From: Candidatus Sulfotelmatobacter sp.
GTDB taxonomy: Bacteria; Acidobacteriota; Terriglobia; Acidiferrales; UBA7541
Reading direction: 5' to 3'
Assembly (NCBI GenBank): GCA_035624115.1
Contig: DASPSD010000031.1
Span: 25,292-89,291 of the forward strand
Length of the DNA: 64,000 bases
How positions within the stretch are numbered: position 1 is the stretch's first letter; every line of letters begins with the position of its first letter. Position numbers and translations under genes: made by a program. The notes below the pieces were generated by a model. The model searched no databases. It had not been told where the DNA came from and worked only from the letters and a program-made list of their open reading frames with translations. This document shows positions 48,351-57,611 of the stretch, piece by piece.

Positions 48351-49439
48351 TTATGGAGAGCGCCGACGCTCGAAGGCACTGAATGCGGACTCTTGATCCG
48401 GTAGGAAATACCCCACCACGATGCCCATCGCGCCTTCGGGGAGATACCGGCCGGTAGGATTGTCGTAAGCGGCTGCCACTCTTACAACTTGGCCCGCCTC
48501 GAGCCGATAGCCGCCCGTCTCGGCGAAGGAAACGATTGGCACGTTCAACAGGTGGCCGGAGGCGTCCGTCTGGGCCTTGAGGTTGGCGATGGCTGACTTG
48601 AGCGTCACATCCTCCAGCAGAATTCCACGCCCGTAATCCTGGAGGTGACCGCCAACCCCCAGCAAAGCGCCCGGAAATTTCATCGTAAACCGCGCGGCGG
48701 TGATGCTCTTGCCAGGCTCGAGATCGTAGCCCGATTCGCGGCACTCCTCCACGTCGAACCAGGTCGGGTAAACGCTCTTGAGCGGCGCGGTGTCCGCGGA
48801 TGCGGCCCGGTATTCCATCTGCACGTCGAGGTAAATTTCGGGAAAGGCCATGTCGCTGGGGTTTGCGAAGATCGCGCTGATGCGCACGCGGTCGCCGCTG
48901 CGGACGCGATAGCCGACCCCCGGAATCGCCGGCCAATCCGCCATTTCGGTGCCTGCCCCAAAGATATGCTCCTCCTTATTGGGGCACAAAAAGTCCGACC
49001 GGCCTGTATTCCAAAAGGCCACCTGATGGAGCACTTTCGCCGTCACCGCAGCGCCGGAAGCATCAACAACTTTCGGGTGGTAGGCCACGAGCCAGCCGTC
49101 GAACGGAATGGTCAGATAAGAATCACGCGGCTGCGCGAGCGCCGTGTGATCGGCGTGGGCCGGCAATTTGACTGGCCCGACTCGCACTTTCAGCAAATTT
49201 TCTGAAGGATCCCGCGAGACGGCGAGCTTCGCGTCCGGCGAAAACGAGGTGCGCATCATCGTCGGGCCGGGATGCATTCCGCTCTCGTGTCCCGGCATCT
49301 TCATCGGAGACTGCTTCTGGGCAAAGACGCAGGGCGCTGAGGAAAAAGCGAGAAACGTAACGAGACCCGCGATCAACCGAGACTTGGGCTCGACCATGTG
49401 CAAACTCCCCACGCGCGCTGCCGGCTTGTGCCAAATCAT
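48351..49439 (-). CDS. secreted hypothetical protein
   Basis: Signal peptide (...LIAGLVTFLAFSSAPCVFA|Q). The start may be the internal Met at 49397. Family not recognised. Confidence 0.55.
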   Translation of the reverse strand: MIWHKPAARVGSLHMVEPKSRLIAGLVTFLAFSSAPCVFAQKQSPMKMPGHESGMHPGPTMMRTSFSPDAKLAVSRDPSENLLKVRVGPVKLPAHADHTALAQPRDSYLTIPFDGWLVAYHPKVVDASGAAVTAKVLHQVAFWNTGRSDFLCPNKEEHIFGAGTEMADWPAIPGVGYRVRSGDRVRISAIFANPSDMAFPEIYLDVQMEYRAASADTAPLKSVYPTWFDVEECRESGYDLEPGKSITAARFTMKFPGALLGVGGHLQDYGRGILLEDVTLKSAIANLKAQTDASGHLLNVPIVSFAETGGYRLEAGQVVRVAAAYDNPTGRYLPEGAMGIVVGYFLPDQESAFSAFERRRSP

Positions 49440-49802
49440 ACTCTCTTAGGCCTCCCAGCGCCTAGCCTGCTCTCGCCGAGATGTTTCGCAAGCGGCGGCC
49501 CGAGTGCCGGGAGTGGGAACTGGCCCCCGCGAAATATATGCTGCGTGCGGAAGTAAGGGCGATGCGAACGATGTATTTCTCATCGGCAGCGCTGCGAACT
49601 TCAACAGCCTAAAGTGCGGGCATATGTGTCAGTGAATGAGGTGGATGCAAGCCGCTGGCAGTAACCGCGACATTTCACTGTAGTGATTTTCATCGGGCCG
49701 CGATTGAACGTCCGCTCTTGACGCAATTCAAATGAGCCGCGTAACCGCCGGAATTGACTGCAACGCTGGAATTTACCTTTTTTTGCTGCCACTCCCCCTG
49801 AT

Positions 49803-49818
49803 TGGCAAAGTGATTGCC
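49803..49818 (+). promoter_or_regulatory. candidate sigma-54 (-24/-12) promoter
   Basis: TTGGCAAAGTGATTGCC: GG (49804-05) and GC (49816-17) are separated by 10 nt, matching TGGCAC-N5-TTGC. It lies 47 nt upstream of ATG 49864, with AAGGAGG at 49852-58. Confidence 0.6.
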
Positions 49819-49863
49819 CTTCTTATAAGCGGCTAGCAAAACAGAATCGGCAAGGAGGCGGCC

Positions 49864-50532
49864 ATGACAATCATTCTGCTCATCGCTACATTCGCAGTCT
49901 TCCTCACCATTGACTACATCCGCAAAGGAAAGCGGGTTCCCGAGCCAGTGAAAGCGGAACCGCCCTTGGCGACGGCCCCGCGGATGCTGCCCAACTACGT
50001 GGCTGGCTTCGCGGTTGCCGATAACTGCCGTTATCACCCCGGACATACGTGGGCGCTGCAAGAGAGCCCAACGCTGGTTCGCGTGGGCCTCGACGATTTC
50101 GCCGCGCGGCTGGCAGGCAAAATCGACCACATCGATCTCCCGAAGCGCGGCCAATGGATTCGCCAAGGCCAGAAGTTCGCCGCCATCTTCCGCGACGGCA
50201 GCAAAGCCGAACTCGTCAGCCCGATCGAAGGCGAAGTGACAAACGTCAACGAAGCATTGAGCGGCGATACTTCTCTGCCCTGCCAGGATCCGTATGGAAA
50301 GGGCTGGTTGATGTCGGTGTTCTCGCCCGACGCGGCGACGATGTTCCGCAACCTGCTGAGCGGCGAGGTAGCTCGCCGATGGATGGCGGAAGCAGCCAGC
50401 CGCCTGCATGCAAGGATGCCGGCGATGGTCGGAGCTGTCGCACAGGATGGCGGCCTCGCGGTCCACGACTTGACCGCCGAACTGCCGGACGAGAAGTGGG
50501 CTGAAATCACGCGTGAATTCTTTCTGAGCTGA
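49864..50532 (+). CDS. glycine-cleavage H-like (lipoyl-carrier-like) protein with N-terminal TM anchor
   Basis: TM helix MTIILLIATFAVFLTIDYI. GcvH-like core YHPGHTWA...VRVGLDDFA...FRDGSKAELVSPIEGEVTNVN, with a Lys at the position expected for lipoylation. Confidence 0.7.
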   Translation: MTIILLIATFAVFLTIDYIRKGKRVPEPVKAEPPLATAPRMLPNYVAGFAVADNCRYHPGHTWALQESPTLVRVGLDDFAARLAGKIDHIDLPKRGQWIRQGQKFAAIFRDGSKAELVSPIEGEVTNVNEALSGDTSLPCQDPYGKGWLMSVFSPDAATMFRNLLSGEVARRWMAEAASRLHARMPAMVGAVAQDGGLAVHDLTAELPDEKWAEITREFFLS

Positions 50533-50558
50533 GAAAAAAGAGGAGCACCGCTCGTACT

Positions 50559-50601
50559 CCGGCCCCGCCCACCAAAAAGTGGGCGGGGCCGGACTCTTTT
50601 T
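50559..50601 (+). terminator. rho-independent terminator
   Basis: 14-bp perfect stem ccggccccgcccac / gtgggcggggccgg, loop caaaaa, followed by actcttttt. Confidence 0.85.
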
Positions 50602-50635
50602 GGGGTGGGCAGACAAATTCCGGCTGGTCCTCGCG

Positions 50636-50673
50636 GGTGACAAAAGTCACCGTGAAACGTGACCATTGTCACG
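50636..50673. promoter_or_regulatory. tandem 16-bp palindromes sharing GTGAC-N4-GTCAC (candidate operator/UAS)
   Basis: GGTGACAAAAGTCACC (50636-50651) and CGTGACCATTGTCACG (50658-50673), centres 22 bp apart. An adjacent GGAAATTTCC palindrome lies at 50675-50684. Confidence 0.55.
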
Positions 50674-50860
50674 GGGAAATTTCCTCAAGCAACCGATCCT
50701 TGTCTTGGATGAGCGGCCATGCGGAGAAATTCAACGGCAGTGAGGAAAGGCCCGCTGCAATCTTCAACGCTTTCTCTTCATAACTCAAGCGCAAAGCAGG
50801 GTCGACCTGCACGCAAATCCTCCAGAAAAGTTCTTGGACGGGCCGACGACAGGAGTCCCT

Positions 50861-51637
50861 ATGAGTAAAGCCATCTTATACGACGCCACGATATGCATCG
50901 GCTGCAAGTTGTGCGAGCAAGCTTGCGCGGAACGCAACGGCCTTCCCTATAACGAAGAGATAGCCGCCGAATCCAAGCAGTCCGAAAACAAGTTCACCGT
51001 GGTTTTGGCTAAGGGCGACAAATTCATGCGGCGGCTGTGCATGAATTGCCAGGATCCCACTTGTGCGTCGGTTTGCCCGGTGGGAGCGTTCCACAAGAGT
51101 GCTGATGGCCCGGTGACGTATGAAGCTTCCCGGTGCATCGGGTGCCGTTACTGCATGCTGGCGTGCCCGTTCTCGGTGCCGAAATATGAGTGGAGCAAAG
51201 CGCTTCCTCTAGTCCGCAAATGCGACATGTGCGCGGATCGCGTCGCCAAAGGGCAGCAAACCGCCTGCGCCGCTGCATGCCCGACCGGGGCTACGAAGTT
51301 TGGAGATCGAGACGCCCTGATTGCGGAGGCGCGCGCGCGAATTGCTTCGAACCCCGGCCAATACGTCGATCACATTTATGGACTCAACGAGGTGGGTGGA
51401 ACCTCCGTGTTACTCCTCTCGAGCATCCCCTTTGAGGAGTTCGGTTACAAGCAAAACCTGGGCGACCAGTCCATGCCGATCCTTACGTATCGCGCGCTTT
51501 CCCACATCCCCGATCTTGTGACCATAGGAGCCGCATTGCTGGGCGGAATCTGGTGGATCACGGACCGCCGCACTGCTGTCGCCGCCGCTGAAGGGAGTGC
51601 CAGGGAATCGCAAGCATGGCCCGAGAAGAAGAGTTGA
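50861..51637 (+). CDS. 4Fe-4S dicluster-type ferredoxin subunit (HybA/DmsB-like) with C-terminal TM helix
   Basis: Four Cys clusters: CIGCKLCEQAC, CMNCQDPTCASVCP, CIGCRYCMLACP, CDMC...CAAACP. C-terminal helix LVTIGAALLGGIWWI. No Tat signal seen. Confidence 0.85.
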   Translation: MSKAILYDATICIGCKLCEQACAERNGLPYNEEIAAESKQSENKFTVVLAKGDKFMRRLCMNCQDPTCASVCPVGAFHKSADGPVTYEASRCIGCRYCMLACPFSVPKYEWSKALPLVRKCDMCADRVAKGQQTACAAACPTGATKFGDRDALIAEARARIASNPGQYVDHIYGLNEVGGTSVLLLSSIPFEEFGYKQNLGDQSMPILTYRALSHIPDLVTIGAALLGGIWWITDRRTAVAAAEGSARESQAWPEKKS

Positions 51638-51649
51638 GGAGAAATCAAG

Positions 51650-52813
51650 ATGTTTAAGCCGGGGATAACGTTCTGGAAAGGAATCCTGGCGGCGGTGCTG
51701 GCCGCTGGCGCTTACGCCACGGTCCTTCGATTTACTCGAGGGCTGGGCGCCACGACAAATTTGAGTGACGCTTTCCCCTGGGGCCTGTGGATCGGATTCG
51801 ACGTGATGTGCGGCGTGATGCTGGCCGCCGGCGGCTTCACCCTGACGGCCACCGTATATATCTTTCATCTGAAAAAGTTTCAGCCGATTGTGAGACCTAC
51901 GATTCTTACGGCCTTCCTCGGCTATCTATTGGTTGTTGTCGCGCTGCTTTTCGACCTCGGGCGCGGATACCGCATCTGGCATCCCCTGGTTATGTGGAAT
52001 CCAAGATCGGTCATGTTCGAAGTGGCGTGGTGTGTGACGCTTTACACGACGGTGCTCTCGCTGGAATTTGCGCCGGTGATCTTCGAGCGCCTGCGAATGG
52101 AAAAGCTGCTGAAAATCCAGCATGCCGTGTCGATCCCCCTCGTTATCCTGGGTGTGATCCTCTCGACGCTGCATCAGTCGTCGCTCGGGAGCCTGTACTT
52201 GATCGTCCCGAACAAACTGCATCCGCTCTGGTACACGCCGCTTCTGCCCGTGCTTTTCTTTGTTTCCGCGATTTGTGTCGGCCTGGCCATGACGATTTTC
52301 GAATCCTGTATGAGCTCACGGCATTTCGGGAAGCAACTCGAGATTTCACTGTTGCGGAGTCTTGGGCGGACGCTTCTTGTGGCGCTGTGTGTGTATTCCG
52401 TCATCCGCTTTCAGGATTTATTCGAGCGAGGGGCGCTGAAACTCGTAGCCCATCGGAGCTATGAGGCGAATCTGTTCTTGCTGGAAGTGGTGATGGGCTT
52501 GATTGTCCCGATCGGATTGCTGATGGTTCCAAAAATCCGTGAAAGCGCCGGGGGACTCTACCTCAGCTCCGTGCTGGTAGTCCTCGGCTTCGTCACGAAC
52601 CGAATGAACGTGGCGATCACGGGCATGGAATCTTCAGCCGGAATGCACTATTTCCCCAAATGGACAGAACTGGCAGTCACAGCGAGCATCATCGGCGTGG
52701 CATTCGCCATTTTCGCGCTCGCGGTGAAGTATCTGCCGATCTTCCAGGCGGAAAATGGGCACGAGGCTGCTCTGGAGCCGCGTGCGCCCGAGTTGTCCAA
52801 TGCCAACCCCTGA
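51650..52813 (+). CDS. NrfD/PsrC/HybB-family integral membrane subunit
   Basis: 387 aa, about 10 TM helices. The gene directly follows the FeS subunit, as in HybAB/PsrBC-type modules. Confidence 0.75.
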   Translation: MFKPGITFWKGILAAVLAAGAYATVLRFTRGLGATTNLSDAFPWGLWIGFDVMCGVMLAAGGFTLTATVYIFHLKKFQPIVRPTILTAFLGYLLVVVALLFDLGRGYRIWHPLVMWNPRSVMFEVAWCVTLYTTVLSLEFAPVIFERLRMEKLLKIQHAVSIPLVILGVILSTLHQSSLGSLYLIVPNKLHPLWYTPLLPVLFFVSAICVGLAMTIFESCMSSRHFGKQLEISLLRSLGRTLLVALCVYSVIRFQDLFERGALKLVAHRSYEANLFLLEVVMGLIVPIGLLMVPKIRESAGGLYLSSVLVVLGFVTNRMNVAITGMESSAGMHYFPKWTELAVTASIIGVAFAIFALAVKYLPIFQAENGHEAALEPRAPELSNANP

Positions 52814-54485
52814 TTCACATGCGCCGATGAAAAGCCGCTGGCGGCAGATTACCAGGAGCCTCAGTTTTCGCTTGGTCGCCTTGTTGGCCCTTTCCCTGAC
52901 GCTCGCCATCGGCTTGCTCGGCTATCTGAACATTCGCCTTCATCGCCGGCACCTCGAGCAAAGCACGCTCGCGAGCGCGGATCGCGTCAGCAACGTGATT
53001 AAGCAGAACGCGACCTATTACATGCTTCGAAACGAGCGCGAAGGGCTGTACCACTTGATCCAGGACGTCGGGAGCGGGCCGGGAATCGTGCGCATCCGGA
53101 TCATGAATCAAGACGGCCGGATCAGCTTTTCCTCGGATCCCAAGGAAACGAACACCTTGGTGGATAAGCGCGGCGAGGCATGCTATGCGTGCCACGCGCA
53201 GAGCACCCCGCTCAGCCGCCTCAATCGTCCCGACCGCTTCCGGATGTATCGCCAGGCCAACGGAGAGCGCTCGCTCGGAATCATCAATCCGATTGAAAAC
53301 TCGCCCGCTTGCTCCTCGGCGGATTGCCACTACCATCCGGCGAGCCAGGAAATTCTGGGCGTCCTCGATACGAACCTATCCCTCGCCGCTGCGGATGCGG
53401 ATATGGCCCAATCGACAAAGCAGACGATTCTCTACACCGTTCTCGCGGTGCTCACGGTTTCACTTCTTAGCGCGCTCTTCGTCTGGCGCGTCGTCCACGT
53501 TCCTCTTGTCGCGTTGAAAGCGAGCACCGAGCGGCTTGGTTCGGGCGACCTGGGCTACCAGATCGAAGTGGATTCGGATGGCGAGCTGGCCGACCTTGCC
53601 AGATCGTTCAACACGATGAGCCGGCAGCTTTGCGAAGCCCGGCAGGAGATCGATCGCTGGACAAAAACCCTCGAAGCGCGCGTGGAGGAGAAAACCAACC
53701 AGCTCACCGCCGCGCACGAGCAGATGCTGCGAGCGGAGAAGATGGCCTCCATCGGGAAACTTGCCGCCGTGGTGGCCCATGAAATCAATAATCCTCTGGC
53801 CGGAATTCTGACGTACGCGAAGCTGCTCAAAAGGCGTTATTCGCAGACGAACGCAGCGGAGAAAGAGATTTTCAGCACGCTCGACATGATCGAAAGCGAA
53901 AGCCGGCGTTGCGGCGAAATCGTCAAGAACCTGATGACCTTCGCCAGGGCCATGCCCATGACGTATGAGCTTGCAGACATCAACGCGATCATCCAGCGCT
54001 GTTGCAAGCTGGTTCAACACAAGCTCGAGATTGGCAATATTGACCTGCACCTGGAATTGGCGCCGGATCTTCCCGGCGTCACATGCGACGGCGGACAGGT
54101 CGCCCAGGTAATCCTCGCGCTGGTGATGAACGCTATCGAGGCGATGCCTCGCGGAGGAACTCTGACACTCGCGTCCCATCGATCCCCCGACTTGCCGAAA
54201 GTGCTGATCGAAATTCGCGACAACGGAGAAGGGATTCCTGCCGAGGTTCTCGCGCACATTTTTGAGCCGTTCATGACGACAAAAGAAGGCGGCCACAGTT
54301 TGGGGCTCGGACTGGCGGTCAGCCACAGCATCATTGAGCGGCACCATGGGGAGATCAAGGTGGAGTCCGAACGGGGTCTCGGAACTGCATTCATGATCTC
54401 GCTTCCGATCGGGCCCAATCCTGTTTCGGCCGCCGAACCGATTGCAACGATGAAGGAGGTGAGTGCAAGTGGCCACCAAAGGTAA
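52800..54485 (+). CDS. sensor histidine kinase (periplasmic Cys/His-motif domain, HAMP, HisKA, HATPase_c)
   Basis: TM, periplasmic region with CYACH and CSSADCH, second TM, HAMP, H-box VAHEINNPL, N/G boxes (MNAIEAM, RDNGEGI, GLGLAVS). Start is 52800 or 52827. Confidence 0.85.
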   Translation: MPTPDSHAPMKSRWRQITRSLSFRLVALLALSLTLAIGLLGYLNIRLHRRHLEQSTLASADRVSNVIKQNATYYMLRNEREGLYHLIQDVGSGPGIVRIRIMNQDGRISFSSDPKETNTLVDKRGEACYACHAQSTPLSRLNRPDRFRMYRQANGERSLGIINPIENSPACSSADCHYHPASQEILGVLDTNLSLAAADADMAQSTKQTILYTVLAVLTVSLLSALFVWRVVHVPLVALKASTERLGSGDLGYQIEVDSDGELADLARSFNTMSRQLCEARQEIDRWTKTLEARVEEKTNQLTAAHEQMLRAEKMASIGKLAAVVAHEINNPLAGILTYAKLLKRRYSQTNAAEKEIFSTLDMIESESRRCGEIVKNLMTFARAMPMTYELADINAIIQRCCKLVQHKLEIGNIDLHLELAPDLPGVTCDGGQVAQVILALVMNAIEAMPRGGTLTLASHRSPDLPKVLIEIRDNGEGIPAEVLAHIFEPFMTTKEGGHSLGLGLAVSHSIIERHHGEIKVESERGLGTAFMISLPIGPNPVSAAEPIATMKEVSASGHQR

Positions 54486-55821
54486 TTTGCTGATTGTGGA
54501 TGATGAACTCATCGTCCGCGACTCGCTTGGGAAATGGTTTCGCGAGGAAGGCTACGACGTCACCGTTGCCGAGAGCGCCCAGGAAGCGCTCGCGAAGATG
54601 GCGGCGCAACGATTCGACCTCGCGCTGATTGACATCAAGATGCCGGGGACCGACGGTGTGGAATTGCAGAGACGCATCCACGAAATCGATCCGGAAATGA
54701 TCGTCATCATCATGACGGGCTATGCCTCGGTTGAAACGGCGGTCACGGCGCTGAAAAATGGAGCCTATGACTACGTCACAAAACCTTTCGATCCCGACGA
54801 CATCGCCCACACGATTCACAATGCGCTCGCGCATCGCCGCACCGAACGCGAAAACGTGCGGCTGCGGGAGACCGTTGTAGCCATGGCGCAACCGAAGGAA
54901 TTCGTGGGCCAGAGTTCCGCGATGATGCGCGTGTTCGAAGCGATCCAGACCGTCGGCCCGACCGAGGCAACCGTGCTCATCAAAGGGGAAAGCGGGACGG
55001 GCAAGGAGCTCTGCGCGCGCGCCATTCATGCTGCCAGCCCGCGGCGCCTCAATCCGCTGGTGGTGATTCATTGCGGGGCTCTCGCGGAAACGCTTCTTGA
55101 AAGCGAACTCTTCGGCCACGAAAAAGGAGCCTTCACCGGCGCGCAATACCGCAAGAAGGGAAGCTTTGAAGTGGCTGAAGGCGGGACGGTTTTTCTCGAT
55201 GAGATCGGCGACATCAGCCTGAAAACTCAGACGGATTTGCTGCGCGTTTTGCAGGAGCGCGAAATCACGCGAGTCGGCAGCAGCCGCCCCATTCCGGTGG
55301 ACTTCCGTTGCATCGCCGCAACGAACAAAAATCTCGAGGCGCTCGTTCAGGAAGGAAAATTCCGCGCGGATCTTTATTACCGGCTGAATGTGTTCCAGAT
55401 CGAGCTCCCGCCTCTGCGGGAGCGCAAGGGAGACATCCCGATTCTGGTCGAACATTTCATTCGGAAATTTTCCGTTTCCATGAACAAGCAAATCACTCGC
55501 GTTTCGCCCAGTGCAATGGACATTCTCGACCGCTACCAGTGGCCGGGAAATGTCCGGGAGCTGGAAAACGCCGTCGAGCGCGGCATGGTGGTCGCCCAGG
55601 AGCCCGAGCTTCGCGAGCAGGATTTCTCGCTTCAGTTGTCCGGCCAGGAACATAACGGCCGCACACTGGAGGATGTGGAGCGCGCCCACGTTCTATCCGT
55701 CGTGGAAGATTGCAAGGGAAATCAGACGCTGGCTGCGGAGATTCTGGACATCGATCGCGTGACACTCCACAACAAGCTCAAGAAATACGGTTGGAAGAAA
55801 ATAATGGCCGATGCCCTGTGA
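54463..55821 (+). CDS. sigma-54-dependent response regulator (NtrC family)
   Basis: Receiver LLIVDDE...[14 protein letters not shown]+ [14 protein letters not shown] loop, [26 protein letters not shown] 54469 is an alternative start. Confidence 0.9.
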   Translation: MQVATKGNLLIVDDELIVRDSLGKWFREEGYDVTVAESAQEALAKMAAQRFDLALIDIKMPGTDGVELQRRIHEIDPEMIVIIMTGYASVETAVTALKNGAYDYVTKPFDPDDIAHTIHNALAHRRTERENVRLRETVVAMAQPKEFVGQSSAMMRVFEAIQTVGPTEATVLIKGESGTGKELCARAIHAASPRRLNPLVVIHCGALAETLLESELFGHEKGAFTGAQYRKKGSFEVAEGGTVFLDEIGDISLKTQTDLLRVLQEREITRVGSSRPIPVDFRCIAATNKNLEALVQEGKFRADLYYRLNVFQIELPPLRERKGDIPILVEHFIRKFSVSMNKQITRVSPSAMDILDRYQWPGNVRELENAVERGMVVAQEPELREQDFSLQLSGQEHNGRTLEDVERAHVLSVVEDCKGNQTLAAEILDIDRVTLHNKLKKYGWKKIMADAL

Positions 55822-56345
55822 ACAGAATTCAGCTGCTACCGCTCGGAGAAGTGGCGCTCACGCTTCTCGACGCACTCCAGAAGGGACTGGCGAAGGAATT
55901 TTCGGTCCCGTGTGAGATCCTCCCGCCCGAGCGGGATCCCTCCTACGCATGGAACGTGCGAAGGCAGCAGTATTCCTCCACCGAAATACTCGCCGCTCTT
56001 GCTGCACGGCAGATTCCGTCGGATACGCGGTTATTGGCTGTTACGCCATTCGACCTATTTATCCCCATCCTGACATTTGTTTTCGGGGAGGCGCAGTTGG
56101 ACGGACGCTGCGCGGTCGTCTCGGCGTTTCGACTGCGCCAGGAGTTCTATGGTTTGCCCTCGGACCACGAGTTGCTGGTGAGCCGCCTCGTCAAGGAATC
56201 TGCCCACGAACTAGGCCACACTCTCGGAATTGCCCACTGTGACGACTATGCCTGTGTGATGGCGCCGTCTCATGCGGTCGAGTGGATCGACTTGAAGCGG
56301 ACAACCCTTTGCGAATCCTGCCGCGGATTCGTCCGGGCCCGATGA
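55818..56345 (+). CDS. archaemetzincin-like zinc metallopeptidase (peptidase M54)
   Basis: HELGHTLGIAHC (HExxHxxGxxHC) plus a downstream Cys motif CVMA...CESC. GTG start overlaps the regulator stop (GTGA). Confidence 0.75.
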   Translation: MNRIQLLPLGEVALTLLDALQKGLAKEFSVPCEILPPERDPSYAWNVRRQQYSSTEILAALAARQIPSDTRLLAVTPFDLFIPILTFVFGEAQLDGRCAVVSAFRLRQEFYGLPSDHELLVSRLVKESAHELGHTLGIAHCDDYACVMAPSHAVEWIDLKRTTLCESCRGFVRAR

Positions 56346-56355
56346 ACTGAACTTA

Positions 56356-57591
56356 CTACGCTGATTTCTCGAAGACTCGCTGAATACGCTCGAACGCCCA
56401 GTCAATTTCCGCTTGTCGAATGACTAGCGGCGGAGCGATACGGATGACTTTGTCGTGTGTCTCCTTGCAAAGAACCCCTTCATCCTTCAACTCTTCGCAA
56501 TAGGGCCGCGCCTCTGTCTGCAATTCGACGCCGATCCACAGCCCCTTCCCGCGGACTTCTTTTATGCAGGAGTTGCGCAGCGTGTGCAGCAACCCGAGGA
56601 AATAAGCGCCAAGCTCCGCCGAACGCTCCGTCAGCCTTTCTTCGATAAGGACCCGCAAAGCCGCGCGGGCTACCGCGCAAGCCAGCGGATTGCCGCCAAA
56701 TGTGCTGCCGTGATCGCCCGGGTTGAATACTCCCAGAATTTCTCGCGCCGCCAGCACTGCAGAGACAGGATAGAAGCCGCCGCCCAGAGCCTTGCCGACA
56801 ATCAAAATGTCGGGCCGAATTCCTTCGTGCATGTAAGCGAAGAGCTTGCCCGTGCGCCCGAGGCCCGATTGAATTTCGTCGGCCACGAGCAACACACGAT
56901 TTTGCCGGCAGATCTCGCACACCTCTTTTAGATAGCCCCGAGGCGGAATGATGACGCCAGCCTCTCCTTGAATGGGTTCCACAAGAAACGCGCAGGTATT
57001 TGAGGTAATCGCTTTTTTGAGCGCAGACGCATCTCCGAATGGAATCACTTTGAATCCGGGCGTGAGCGGCTCGAAACCTCGGCGATACTGCGCTTCCGAC
57101 GAAAAGCTGATGAGGGTCACTGTGCGTCCGTGAAAATTGTTTGCGCAGACTATGATTTCCGCCTGTCCCTCTGGAATTCCCTTTACCTCATAGCTCCATT
57201 TGCGGGCCGTTTTGACGGCGGTTTCGACAGCCTCCGCGCCCGTGTTCATCGGCAGAGCCATCTCGAAACCTGTCAGCTCATGTAGGTCCCTATAGAGCAA
57301 AGGAAGCTGATCATTGCGAAAGGCTCGCGAAGTGAGTGTTAATTTGCCGGCTTGGTCTACGAGGGCTTGAAGGATCTTGGGGTGGCAATGGCCCTGGTTC
57401 AGGGCCGAATAGGCCGCCAGACAATCCAGATAGCGCTTCCCTTCGATGTCGTAAACCCACACGCCTTCCGCGCGCTGAATCACCACATCCAAGGGACGGT
57501 AGTTGTGAGCGCCGTACAAGTTCTCCAGCTCAATAAAATCGGATGTGCACAATTCTTCTCCGCTTAGTCTTGCAGTTTGCATGGTCCGCAC
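56356..57591 (-). CDS. rocD: ornithine--oxo-acid aminotransferase (class III aminotransferase)
   Basis: [46 protein letters not shown]...[13 protein letters not shown]...VGKALGGG. Confidence 0.85.
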   Translation of the reverse strand: MRTMQTARLSGEELCTSDFIELENLYGAHNYRPLDVVIQRAEGVWVYDIEGKRYLDCLAAYSALNQGHCHPKILQALVDQAGKLTLTSRAFRNDQLPLLYRDLHELTGFEMALPMNTGAEAVETAVKTARKWSYEVKGIPEGQAEIIVCANNFHGRTVTLISFSSEAQYRRGFEPLTPGFKVIPFGDASALKKAITSNTCAFLVEPIQGEAGVIIPPRGYLKEVCEICRQNRVLLVADEIQSGLGRTGKLFAYMHEGIRPDILIVGKALGGGFYPVSAVLAAREILGVFNPGDHGSTFGGNPLACAVARAALRVLIEERLTERSAELGAYFLGLLHTLRNSCIKEVRGKGLWIGVELQTEARPYCEELKDEGVLCKETHDKVIRIAPPLVIRQAEIDWAFERIQRVFEKSA

Positions 57592-57611
57592 TCATTTCCG
57601 CGGCGTCGCTC

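Noticed and set aside
48351-49439. Secreted protein as a copper monooxygenase (PHM/DBH-like)
   Set aside because: Only isolated His residues are present. The paired HH/HxH...M copper-site motifs are not there. It is left as hypothetical.
53460-55689. 350-aa and 432-aa minus-strand ORFs
   Set aside because: Antisense to the histidine kinase and the NtrC-type regulator, both of which carry complete motif sets.
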